Part shown: positions 9,937 through 18,966 of the stretch, piece after piece
Layout: every line of letters begins with the position of its first letter
Numbering within the stretch: the first letter of the stretch is position 1
Source of the DNA: an uncultured Gemmatimonadales bacterium
GTDB taxonomy: Bacteria; Gemmatimonadota; Gemmatimonadetes; Gemmatimonadales; GWC2-71-9
Assembly: GCA_963825055.1 (NCBI GenBank)
Contig: CAWGSK010000012.1
Span: forward strand, 160,001 to 224,000
Reading direction: 5' to 3'
DNA: 64,000 nucleotides
The notes under the pieces: generated by a model
Told to the model about the DNA's origin: nothing
Database searches by the model: none
What the model saw: only the letters and a program-made list of their open reading frames with translations
Made by a program: the position numbers and the translations under genes

Positions 9937-10174
9937 GACCACTGGCAGCGCGGCGTGGTGGGGCGACCGCCCCCCCTTCTTGCGGTCCGGCCCGCACCCG
10001 CGGACCAAAAACCACCGCGTCGCGTTCGCCACCTCCCCTTCCTGCTGCCGTGCACAGTCCCGGCCCGGCGTTTGGCGTGTGGGAGGCACCGCTGTAGCTT
10101 TCCCGGATGCCCAGTGATCCGCACGACCACGGCCCGGCGCGGGCAGGAGCAGCCGAAACCCCGCGGATGGCGCC

Positions 10175-10702
10175 ATGAGCCTCTCCGTCTGGTGGATCCT
10201 CGCAATCGTGCTCGGCGTGCCGCTGGTCGGGGTCCTGCTGCTGGTGTCCGGACTGCGCCGCCGACAGGCCCCAAGGCTCCGCAGGATTCGGCAGGACGAA
10301 GTCGGGGCCTATCTCGACCTGCTGCTGCGCCGCGGCTATGACGCAGGGGTCGTGGCGCTGACCCTCCCGGATGACGAGCGGTTCGTGTCGGTCACCAAGT
10401 ACTACCGCAGCACGGAGGATACCGGGCTCGAGCTCGATTTTCCCCGCGCGGCGTGGTCGGAACAGTATTACCCCGAGGTGCGCGCCCTGCTCGATCGTGA
10501 CCGGCATCCCGGGGAGGTGGTGAAGACCCCCGATGGTCCGGTGGAGGAATACCTCCGGGTCGATTGCGGCCGCGACGTCGCCCTGGCGACCAGGCTGGTC
10601 CAGGCGATCCTGCGCGAGGTGTTCAGGATTCCGGCGGGGCAGGCCCTCGTGGCCGAACTGCAGCAGGTCGCGATCAGCGACGACATGGTCTCCGCCGGCT
10701 AG
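10175..10702 (+). CDS. Hypothetical protein with N-terminal TM anchor
   Basis: Coding-like codon usage; hydrophobic N-terminus; first of a co-directional run. Confidence 0.65.
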   Translation: MSLSVWWILAIVLGVPLVGVLLLVSGLRRRQAPRLRRIRQDEVGAYLDLLLRRGYDAGVVALTLPDDERFVSVTKYYRSTEDTGLELDFPRAAWSEQYYPEVRALLDRDRHPGEVVKTPDGPVEEYLRVDCGRDVALATRLVQAILREVFRIPAGQALVAELQQVAISDDMVSAG

Positions 10703-10739
10703 GGCCGGCGTCCCGATCCCTCTGACGGAGAGCCACCGC

Positions 10740-11012
10740 ATGAGCCAGGACGACTCCAACTCCACGATGAAGCCCATCACCCCCGAGCGGGTCGCGCAGG
10801 AACTGACCAAGCTTCACGAGCTGCGCGAGAAGGGCGAACTCAATCCAGGCAACTACGACCAGCGCTTTGCCCGTATGGTCGGTGAACTGCGCGAGCGGCG
10901 GATCAGCGGCAACCGCCAGGAAATTCTCGCCGCGCTCCAGCCGTTGCGCGCCAGGGGTGTCGTATCCGAAACCGAGTGGATGCGGCTCACCAAGCAGCTC
11001 GGCCTGGCCTGA
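10740..11012 (+). CDS. Small protein with two SHOCT-like helical repeats
   Basis: GGAG SD; ELTKLHELREKGELNPGNY and ALQPLRARGVVSETEW resemble the SHOCT pattern. Confidence 0.6.
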   Translation: MSQDDSNSTMKPITPERVAQELTKLHELREKGELNPGNYDQRFARMVGELRERRISGNRQEILAALQPLRARGVVSETEWMRLTKQLGLA

Positions 11013-11021
11013 GCGGAAGCG

Positions 11022-11780
11022 ATGTCCGATCACGCACTGCCCGGCCTCTCGCCACTGGAGATGACCGTGAAGGCGGGGGACGGCCTCATTCTCAAGGGGC
11101 TGCTCGAGTATCCCGATCGGCGCCCACGGGGCAGCGGGTACCCGCTGGCCGTCCTCGCCCACCAGTACCCATCCACCAGTGACAGCTACGCGCCGCTGGT
11201 CGAGGACCTGCTTGATGTCGGCTTCGCGGTCCTCGCGTTCGACGAGCGCGGACACGGCTCCAGCATCGAGACCCCGAAGGGCCCCCTGGTCATCGACACG
11301 CCGCACGGGTTCGGGCTGGAGGCGTTCGGGAAGGCCTTCGGCAGCAGTATCGCGTCGGTGGAATTCCACCGGATCGCGGACGACGTCGTACGGGTGGCCT
11401 CCTGGGGCGTGAGTCAGAACTTCATCGATCCCGACCGGGTCCTGCTGGTCGGCGCGAGCGTTGGCGGCAGCGGTGTGCTGGTGGCGGTGCCCGACATTCC
11501 GGGGCTCGTGGGGGTGCTGACCTTCGGCGCAGCCGGCGCGCCGGCATTCGGCGAAGACGCCTCCGATCGGATCCGCCGCATCGTCGAGGGGCTGGACGTG
11601 CCCGTGCTGATGGTGTCGTCCGCCGACGATCCCTTCGACGGCGCGACCAACGCGAACACGTGGTGCGATGGTCTGGACCACGCCTCCGCCCGGCTGGTGC
11701 CGGGCTCCGCCCACGCGATGGCCATCTATTACGACGTCCGCGACGACGTCCTGCGCTTCCTCCGTCCGCTGGGCGGCTGA
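11022..11780 (+). CDS. Alpha/beta hydrolase
   Basis: FDERGHGSS, GASVGG nucleophile elbow, downstream Asp and His (DDPFD, AHAM). Confidence 0.85.
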   Translation: MSDHALPGLSPLEMTVKAGDGLILKGLLEYPDRRPRGSGYPLAVLAHQYPSTSDSYAPLVEDLLDVGFAVLAFDERGHGSSIETPKGPLVIDTPHGFGLEAFGKAFGSSIASVEFHRIADDVVRVASWGVSQNFIDPDRVLLVGASVGGSGVLVAVPDIPGLVGVLTFGAAGAPAFGEDASDRIRRIVEGLDVPVLMVSSADDPFDGATNANTWCDGLDHASARLVPGSAHAMAIYYDVRDDVLRFLRPLGG

Positions 11781-12655
11781 TGGAACGCCGCTCCCTTGGA
11801 CCCGGCGGACCGGACGTTCCCCCCGTCGGCTTCGGGGGCATGCCTCTCTCGATCAGCGGACGGCCGGACGAAGCGGACGCCATGCGTGTCGTCCACGCGT
11901 CACTCGACGCCGGCATCCGCCTGCTGGATACGGCCGATGTCTACTGCCTCTCCGATCACGACGTCGGGCATAACGAGCGCCTGATCGCCAGGTCCGTCGC
12001 CCTGTGGAGCGGGCCGTCGGACGAAGCCCTGGTCGCCACCAAGGGCGGCATGGTGCGTCCCGATGGGCGCTGGGAACGAAACGGCCGGCCCGAGCACCTC
12101 CGCCGCGCGTGCGACCGGTCACTCAAGGCCCTGGGGGTGGAGCGCATCGCCCTGTACCAGTTCCACGCGCCGGACCCGGAGGTGCCCTTCCGGGAGAGTA
12201 TCGAGGCCCTCGCCGAGCTGGCCCGGGAGGGGAAGATCCGGTGGATCGGACTGTCCAACGTGTCCGTGGAGCAGATTACGCTCGCCCGCCGCATCACCCC
12301 CATCCTGACCGTCCAGAACCGGCTCAATCCCTTCTTCCGCGAGGCGAAGGACGAGGGTGTTCTCGAGTACTGCACCCGGGAGGGCCTCGGGTTCCTTGCC
12401 TACAGCCCGCTGGGCGGCGGCCGGCTCAACCGGAAGCTGGCCGGCCATCCGGTCCTCTCCCCGATCGCCCGCCGCCATGGCGTTTCCGAGCATGCGGTCG
12501 TCCTGGCCTGGCTGCTGGCGCTCTCACCTGCTGTTATCCCCATTCCGGGCGCCCGGACCGTCGAGCATGCGACGGACAGCGCCGGCGCGGCACGCCTCAC
12601 CCTCGATCCGGACGAGGTCGCGCAGGTGAGCGCCGGCGCCTTCTCGCGAGCCTGA
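11780..12655 (+). CDS. Aldo/keto reductase
   Basis: DTADVY, ATKGG, LYQFH, IGLSN, YSPLGGG, IPIPG. Confidence 0.92.
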   Translation: MERRSLGPGGPDVPPVGFGGMPLSISGRPDEADAMRVVHASLDAGIRLLDTADVYCLSDHDVGHNERLIARSVALWSGPSDEALVATKGGMVRPDGRWERNGRPEHLRRACDRSLKALGVERIALYQFHAPDPEVPFRESIEALAELAREGKIRWIGLSNVSVEQITLARRITPILTVQNRLNPFFREAKDEGVLEYCTREGLGFLAYSPLGGGRLNRKLAGHPVLSPIARRHGVSEHAVVLAWLLALSPAVIPIPGARTVEHATDSAGAARLTLDPDEVAQVSAGAFSRA

Positions 12656-12702
12656 CCCCCGCGACGCTCCTCGCCCGGCCGTCCTTCCAGTATCTTTCCG
12701 CC

Positions 12703-13932
12703 ATGATCGAACGCCGCCAGACTACAACCGTCCGAGTGGGAGACGTGCCCGTCGGCTCGGGCCATCCCATTGTCGTGCAGTCCATGACCAATACCGACAC
12801 CGCGGACGTGGATGCCACGGTGGCGCAGGTGGAGGCGCTGGCCCGGGCCGGCAGCGAGCTGGTGCGCGTGACCGTGAACAACGAGTCGGCGGCGGCAGCC
12901 GTACCCGCCATCGCGCGGGAGCTCGAACGGCGCGGGGCCGGGGTTCCCCTGATCGGGGACTTCCACTACAACGGGCACCTGCTGCTGACCCGCTTTCCCG
13001 ATTGCGCCGAGGCGCTGGCGAAGTACCGTATCAATCCGGGCAACGTCGGGGCGAAGCGGCACGACGAGAATTTCCGCGCAATCGTGGACGTGGCTCTCCG
13101 GAACGGGAAGCCGGTCCGCATCGGGGTCAACTGGGGCTCGCTCGACCAGCAGCTCCTGACGGAACTGATGGACGCGAATGCCGGCCTGGACGAACCCCGG
13201 GACGCGCGCGACGTGATGATGGACGCGATGGTGGAGAGCGCGCTTCGTTCCGCCGCGATGGCGGAGGACGCGGGCCTGCCGCATGACCGGATCATCCTGA
13301 GTGGCAAGGTCTCGGGAGTGCAGGACCTCGTGGACGTGTACCGCATGCTGGCCGCGCGGTGCGACTATCCGCTGCACCTGGGCCTGACCGAGGCCGGGCT
13401 CGGCACCAAGGGTGTCGTGGCGAGCACGGCCGGCCTCGCCATCCTGCTGCAGGAAGGCATCGGGGACACCATTCGGATCTCGCTGACTCCCGCGCCCGGT
13501 GGCGACCGGACCGAGGAGGTCCGGGTGGGGCAGCAGATTCTCCAGTCCCTGGGCCTCAGGAGCTTCACGCCGCAGGTGACGAGCTGCCCCGGGTGCGGGC
13601 GCACGACCAGCACGTTCTTCCAGAAGATGGCCCAGGATATCGAGCGCCACCTGCGGGAGCAGATCCCGGTGTGGCGTACTGCCTACCCCGGGGTGGAGGA
13701 ACTCAAGGTGGCGGTGATGGGATGCATCGTGAATGGACCGGGCGAGTCCAAGCACGCGAACATCGGTATCTCCCTCCCGGGCACGTCCGAGGAGCCCAGG
13801 GCCCCCGTCTATGTGGACGGCCGGCTCATGGTCACGCTGAAGGGCGACGGCATCGTCCCCGAGTTCCTGAGGATTCTCGACGAATACGTCGCCAGCCGGT
13901 ATGCCTCCGGCAACTCAGTCGCGACCTCATGA
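12703..13932 (+). CDS. ispG: (E)-4-hydroxy-3-methylbut-2-enyl-diphosphate synthase
   Basis: [49 protein letters not shown]. Confidence 0.96.
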   Translation: MIERRQTTTVRVGDVPVGSGHPIVVQSMTNTDTADVDATVAQVEALARAGSELVRVTVNNESAAAAVPAIARELERRGAGVPLIGDFHYNGHLLLTRFPDCAEALAKYRINPGNVGAKRHDENFRAIVDVALRNGKPVRIGVNWGSLDQQLLTELMDANAGLDEPRDARDVMMDAMVESALRSAAMAEDAGLPHDRIILSGKVSGVQDLVDVYRMLAARCDYPLHLGLTEAGLGTKGVVASTAGLAILLQEGIGDTIRISLTPAPGGDRTEEVRVGQQILQSLGLRSFTPQVTSCPGCGRTTSTFFQKMAQDIERHLREQIPVWRTAYPGVEELKVAVMGCIVNGPGESKHANIGISLPGTSEEPRAPVYVDGRLMVTLKGDGIVPEFLRILDEYVASRYASGNSVATS

Positions 13933-13956
13933 CCGAATGGCGGCTGGCGCGGCGGG

Positions 13957-14625
13957 TCAACTCCGGGTGAGGAACTCCAGTTCGTCCGGCTTCGTTACCC
14001 GGTAGCGCCCGCGGCCGGTCCGCTCGATGATGCCGGTCGTGCGAAGGTCGCGCAGGCTCCGCACCAGGACTTCTCGCACCGTTCCCAACTCCTCCGCGAC
14101 CTGCGACTGGCTCCGTCCCAGGTCGAAGTCGCCCCCGTCGGCCGTCCGGTGCCGCGTGAGCAGCAGCCCGGCCAGCCTGCTCGTGACGTTTCGGGCGGCC
14201 AGGCGGTCGAGCCGGTCCACCAGGTGACGGACGCGACCGGCCAGGCGCCGGAGGAAGAGCCACGGCAGGGCCGGATCGCGCTGCATGGCGCCGGCCACGG
14301 CCTCACGGGTGAAGAGCAGGCAGCTGGTGGGGCGGCTCGCGATGGCGGTCGCGGGATACCCGTCGCCATCGAACAACGCCACCTCGCCCAGCGTCCCATC
14401 GGGACCCTCGACATGCACGACGTGCTGGCGTCCCCCCGTCCCGCGCAGCACGCGCACCTCTCCCTCGAGCACGATGTAGAAACCCCGCGGCGATGAGCCT
14501 GCGGAGAAGAGGACCTCGTCCGCTGCGTAGTGCCTGATGATCGCCCGCGCCGCCAGCTCACGGCGGGCGGCGGGGCTCACGTCCCGGAAATGGGGCAGGC
14601 GGGAGAGCGTTTCCTCTGGAATCAC
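13957..14625 (-). CDS. Crp/Fnr family transcriptional regulator
   Basis: cNMP-binding domain (GEVALF) and C-terminal HTH (SQSQVAEELGTVREVLVRSL); GAGGTG SD before GTG. Confidence 0.9.
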   Translation of the reverse strand: MIPEETLSRLPHFRDVSPAARRELAARAIIRHYAADEVLFSAGSSPRGFYIVLEGEVRVLRGTGGRQHVVHVEGPDGTLGEVALFDGDGYPATAIASRPTSCLLFTREAVAGAMQRDPALPWLFLRRLAGRVRHLVDRLDRLAARNVTSRLAGLLLTRHRTADGGDFDLGRSQSQVAEELGTVREVLVRSLRDLRTTGIIERTGRGRYRVTKPDELEFLTRS

Positions 14626-14753
14626 CGCGCACCTCGGGGAAGGGTACGGTCGAAGCGAGCCACCTGGCCCGGCCCTGCTGGAGTATACAATCACGCCTCA
14701 TGACTCACGACGGACGGTAAACGGTTCCCCGACCCCCGTTATACTTTCTCCTC

Positions 14754-16433
14754 ATGCTTCGACTACTCGCAGTCCTGTGTCTCGCGGCGCTTCCCGCCGC
14801 GGCCCAGCAGGCGCCCGCCGACCTCGTCGTCACGGGTGCACGGATCTACACGGCCGATGCGGCGCAGCCCCGCGCCACCGCCCTGGCGGTACGCGATGGC
14901 AGGATAGCGTTCGTCGGGAGCGACCGCGGGGCACTCACGCTCGTGGGGCCCCGCACCACCCGCCTCGACCTTACCGGCCGCACGGTCATTCCCGGCATGA
15001 TTGACGCACACGGCCACCTGATGAACCTCGGCAAGGCGCTCAGCACCGTGGACCTCACCGGCACCCGGTCGTACCAGGAAGTGATTGACCGGGTCGTGGC
15101 CCGCGCGCGCACAATGCCCGCCGGCGCATGGATTGTGGGGCGGGGATGGGACCAGAACGACTGGTCCAGCACCTCGTTCCCCACGCACGATGCCCTGAGC
15201 CGGGCCGTCCCCGGTCACCCGGTCCTGCTCGAGCGTGTGGATGGCCACGCGATGCTGGCCAACGCTGCCGCCATGAAGCTGGCGAACCTGACCTCGGCGA
15301 CGCCTGATCCTCCGGGGGGCCGGGTGCTTCGCGACGCCGGCGGAAACCCCACCGGTGTTCTGGTCGATGATGCCATGCAACTGGTGGAGGGTGTCATTCC
15401 GCAGGCATCCTCCGGGGAGCGCCGGGCGCGCGCGCTCGCTGCCGTGGCGGAACTCAACCGATGGGGGCTTACCGGCGTCCACGACGCCGGCGTGAGCCCC
15501 GCCGAGATCGCGACGTACCGCGAACTCGCCGGGGAGGGGAAGTTCTCCATCCGTGACTACGTCATGGTGGACGATACCACGGCCGCCGAGTGGTTTCGCC
15601 GCGGCCCCCAGCTCGGCCTGGACGACGGGCACATCTGGATCCGGGCCGTGAAAGCCTACGCCGACGGCGCCCTCGGGAGCCGCGGGGCCGCATTGCTCGA
15701 GCCGTACAGTGACGACCCCGGGAACACCGGGCTGGTCCTGACGGATGCCGATTCCCTTCGCCGCCTCGCCGTGGGTGCGCTGCGGGCGGGGTTCCAGCTC
15801 AACGTGCACGCGATCGGCGACCGGGCCAACCGGACGGTGCTCGATGCCTTCGAGGCGGCCATGCAGGAGGTGCCAAGGGCCGACCCCCGGTTCCGGATCG
15901 AGCACGCGCAGGTCCTGAACGCCGCGGACATCCCGCGGTTCGCGGCCCTCGGGGTGATCCCGTCCATGCAGGGAAGCCACCAGACCAGTGACATGTACTG
16001 GGCCGTTGAGCGGCTCGGGGCCGGACGTATTCTCGGCGCCTACGCCTGGCACTCGCTGCTCAAGACGGGCGTCATCGTCCCGAACGGGTCCGACTTCCCG
16101 GTCGAGTCTCCCAATCCGCTGCTGTCGTTCCGCGCGTTCTTCACCAGGCAGGATCCGTCGGGGTGGCCGCCGGGTGGCTGGTATCCGGCCGAACGGACCA
16201 CACGGGAGGAGGCCCTGCTCTCGATGACGCTCTGGCCGGCTCGCGCATCCTTCATGGAGGCGGAGGTGGGCTCCCTGGCCGCGGGCAAGTACGCCGACTT
16301 CGTCGTGCTGGACCGCGATATCATGACGGCCGCTCCACCCGATGTTCTCGGTGCGCGGGTGCTTCGCACCGTGGTTGGTGGGAAGACCGTGTACGAGGCC
16401 GCGGATGCGCCGGGTGCCAGCAGTGGCCGCTGA
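14754..16433 (+). CDS. Exported amidohydrolase (YtcJ-like, amidohydrolase_3)
   Basis: Signal peptide; PGMIDAHGH, DGALGSRGA, HAIGDRA, RIEHAQ, GSDFPV. Confidence 0.9.
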   Translation: MLRLLAVLCLAALPAAAQQAPADLVVTGARIYTADAAQPRATALAVRDGRIAFVGSDRGALTLVGPRTTRLDLTGRTVIPGMIDAHGHLMNLGKALSTVDLTGTRSYQEVIDRVVARARTMPAGAWIVGRGWDQNDWSSTSFPTHDALSRAVPGHPVLLERVDGHAMLANAAAMKLANLTSATPDPPGGRVLRDAGGNPTGVLVDDAMQLVEGVIPQASSGERRARALAAVAELNRWGLTGVHDAGVSPAEIATYRELAGEGKFSIRDYVMVDDTTAAEWFRRGPQLGLDDGHIWIRAVKAYADGALGSRGAALLEPYSDDPGNTGLVLTDADSLRRLAVGALRAGFQLNVHAIGDRANRTVLDAFEAAMQEVPRADPRFRIEHAQVLNAADIPRFAALGVIPSMQGSHQTSDMYWAVERLGAGRILGAYAWHSLLKTGVIVPNGSDFPVESPNPLLSFRAFFTRQDPSGWPPGGWYPAERTTREEALLSMTLWPARASFMEAEVGSLAAGKYADFVVLDRDIMTAAPPDVLGARVLRTVVGGKTVYEAADAPGASSGR

Positions 16434-16471
16434 CTCGTCCCCGCGGTGATTACCTCAGTTCCGGAGTTCGC

Positions 16472-17044
16472 ATGAGACGAGCCCTGTCCGTTCTCCTCCC
16501 CTGGCTGATGGTTGCGGCAGCCGCGCACGCGCAGGACACCGCGCGGCCGGCCGCCAGCGTCATCTCCGGCCCGCGGCCCGGTGCCCGCGCCCCCGACTTT
16601 GCGCTTCCGTGGGCCGGAGCGGACTCCGTTGCGTCCGAGGCAGCGTTCCGGCTGAGCGACCAGCGGGGCAGGGTCGTCATCCTCGCCTTCGTTCCCAGGG
16701 CGTGGACGGCCACGACGACCCGCGAGCTTCGCCAGTTCGCCGAACGTCAGGATTCCCTGCTGGGGGACCAGGCCATGATGGTCGCGGTGACGCCCGATCC
16801 GGCGCAGACAAACTTCGAGTACGCGCGCAGCATCGGGACCCCGTTCCGGGTGCTCAGTGACACCGACCAGGAGGTGTCGCGCCAATACGGGAGCAAGGCT
16901 GACGGTGGATACAATCGCCGGACGATCTACGTCATCGGGTACACCGGAGACGTCGTCTGGCGTGAACTGCGGTTCGACCCGGACGCCGCCTCGGCCTGGC
17001 ACGCGCTGGAACGCGCCGTGCACGCGGCACGCGCCGGACAATGA
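16472..17044 (+). CDS. Exported peroxiredoxin/BCP-fold (AhpC-TSA) protein lacking all cysteines
   Basis: Signal peptide (AHA|QD); APDFAL, VILAFVPRAWTATT, LSDTD, RRTIYVI. Confidence 0.75.
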   Translation: MRRALSVLLPWLMVAAAAHAQDTARPAASVISGPRPGARAPDFALPWAGADSVASEAAFRLSDQRGRVVILAFVPRAWTATTTRELRQFAERQDSLLGDQAMMVAVTPDPAQTNFEYARSIGTPFRVLSDTDQEVSRQYGSKADGGYNRRTIYVIGYTGDVVWRELRFDPDAASAWHALERAVHAARAGQ

Positions 17045-17063
17045 CCGGACAGGGAGGAAGCGC

Positions 17064-17906
17064 ATGACCCGGACCTCCGCGCTGCAGGCTGCCGCCGCGC
17101 TGCTCCTGCTGCTGGGCGCCGGCAGGGTGAACCTCTCCGCGCAGGGCAGGACGGATACGCTGCAACAGTGGGAACTGACCCACCTGCGCGGGGGATGGTG
17201 CACGGCGTTCCTGATGGCCCCGGAGCAGGCGCGGCGCCAGCTCCCTCGAAGCTTCGCGCCGGTGGCCGCGGCCGACCTGCCGGGCGTGCACCCGGCCCTG
17301 CTCCGCACCGTCCAGGACGAGCCACAGTACAGCGGATGGATTCCCGCCCGCGTGTGCTTCTTCCACTTCGACACCGTGCGCGTCGATGGTCGCGACAGGT
17401 TCGAGGACGGCCGCCTCCCTGACCTGAACCGGACACAGGTGCTGGGTATCTGGGGCGTCGCGGCTCGGGACACGGAGCACCCGGAACAGGGCACGGCGTT
17501 CTTCGTACGGGAGTTCCGGACGCGGGATGGGGGGCTCCAGGCCGTGGCACGCCGCGCCTCCATCCGGGTGGAGAACATGAAAGTCCAGATGGGGCAGATG
17601 CCGGACACCGAGGAGAACCGCTGGCGCTACGAGTTCGGCAAGACCACCCTCACCTGGGACGGGCATCCTTCGCCTGACTCCACCGCATCCACCGGGCCTG
17701 ACTCCACGGAGTGGGTGGTCCGCTCCCTCCACGGTTCCGAACTCCGGGCGATGTTCACCTGGGATCCCGGTACCGTGCACTACATGGTTGGAGCCATGAG
17801 TATCCAGGGCAAGGATGACCTGGCGAAGGCGCTTGGCGCCTCCCCGATCCGGATGATTGGTCCGCTTTACCTTGAAGGGAGCGGACAACTGATCTTCTAC
17901 CGCTGA
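17064..17906 (+). CDS. Hypothetical exported protein (weak resemblance to acetoacetate-decarboxylase-like fold)
   Basis: GGAGG SD, signal peptide, PEQARRQLP segment. Fold guess is weak. Confidence 0.6.
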   Translation: MTRTSALQAAAALLLLLGAGRVNLSAQGRTDTLQQWELTHLRGGWCTAFLMAPEQARRQLPRSFAPVAAADLPGVHPALLRTVQDEPQYSGWIPARVCFFHFDTVRVDGRDRFEDGRLPDLNRTQVLGIWGVAARDTEHPEQGTAFFVREFRTRDGGLQAVARRASIRVENMKVQMGQMPDTEENRWRYEFGKTTLTWDGHPSPDSTASTGPDSTEWVVRSLHGSELRAMFTWDPGTVHYMVGAMSIQGKDDLAKALGASPIRMIGPLYLEGSGQLIFYR

Positions 17907-18000
17907 ACGGTGGCTTACCCGCGCCTCGTCCGCTGGCATGGTTCTTCCCACGATGAGATGTGGACCCCAAGATCGATTTCCCTGACCAGAAGCCCCGAAA

Positions 18001-18648
18001 ATGGCCAGTATTGGGCATCTCGCCGCCGGTGCAGCCGTCGGCGCCCTCCAGTCCCGGATCACCCGAGTTCGCCCGTCCTGGGCGATCCTCGGCGCCTGCG
18101 CCCTCGCGGTGGCCCCTGACCTCGACCTGATCTCCTACCACCTGTGGGCCCCGGACGGCGATCCGCTGGCTCACCGCGGGATGACCCACAGCCTGATATT
18201 TGCCGTGGCGCTGGCCATCATTCTGGGGGTGGCCCTCCGCCGCCGTTATCCAGATGCCAGAGTGGGGCTGTTCGCCTTCCTTGCCCTGGCCAGTCACGGG
18301 CTGATGGACACTCTGAGCCACGTCGGCGACGGACCCAAACTGCTCTGGCCCTTCCTGAACCGGGGCATCCATTCCCCGTGGCAGCCCGTTCCGGGGGTGC
18401 CCACCGCATCGGACTACTTTTCCATCCATGCCATTCCGACATTTCTCGTCGAAGCGGTGATATTCAGCCCGCTGGTGGTGGTCGCCGTGCTGCTGGTGAT
18501 GAGCAGGGAAGGGCAGGAGAGCTCCCCGGCCCGTCCGGAACGGGTCGAGCGCCAGGCTGGTAGGGCGAAGCGCCGGGAAGCCAGGAGGCGGCGCTCCAGG
18601 AAAGGCCAGAAACGCGAAAAAGAGCCGATATTCACTGTCGGTGCATAA
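18001..18648 (+). CDS. Membrane-bound metal-dependent hydrolase (YdjM-like)
   Basis: GH, PDLD, HRGMTHS, SHGLMD motifs. Confidence 0.85.
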   Translation: MASIGHLAAGAAVGALQSRITRVRPSWAILGACALAVAPDLDLISYHLWAPDGDPLAHRGMTHSLIFAVALAIILGVALRRRYPDARVGLFAFLALASHGLMDTLSHVGDGPKLLWPFLNRGIHSPWQPVPGVPTASDYFSIHAIPTFLVEAVIFSPLVVVAVLLVMSREGQESSPARPERVERQAGRAKRREARRRRSRKGQKREKEPIFTVGA

Positions 18649-18649
18649 A

Positions 18650-18960
18650 ATACCCGCCAGAGACGCCACTGTCATAATGCTCTTTTCCACATTCAATGTC
18701 GTATTTTAAGTGTTGTTAATAAACATTTTATAAAAGCGACTTAAAGTGGAAAATCAGGTGCTGCCCGAGAATGTTGTCGGATATGGCCTTGGGAGCCCGA
18801 TTCCACGCAATCCAGAAATTCACATGTTGAAAAGCAGGGTTTCCCACATACCACTTCGCCGGCCATCGCACGCCCCGATTCACTGGCAACCCCCCGTCGA
18901 CTGCGCGTGGAAAACCCGGCTGACCATCCACAGAGTGCGAACAACCTCCACAGGCCACGC
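18650..18960. other. Putative chromosomal replication origin (AT-rich segment with a DnaA-box cluster)
   Basis: TTTTCCACA 18683-18691 is a perfect TTWTNCACA. Near-matches at 18745-53(-), 18816-24, 18825-33(-), 18840-48, 18906-14(-), 18924-32, 18944-52. Very AT-rich at 18692-18745. Confidence 0.65.
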
Positions 18961-18966
18961 CTCCCC

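Noticed and set aside
16690..16725. Selenocysteine at the Prx active site
   Set aside because: The codon is ACG (Thr), not TGA.
17934..17949. Sigma54-like TGGCAT-N5-TTCCC upstream of the YdjM-like gene
   Set aside because: The invariant -12 GC is missing.
18638..18745. Possible dif site (GGTGCATAA, GTCATAATG)
   Set aside because: No XerD arm (TTATGTTAAAT) at the required 6-bp spacing.
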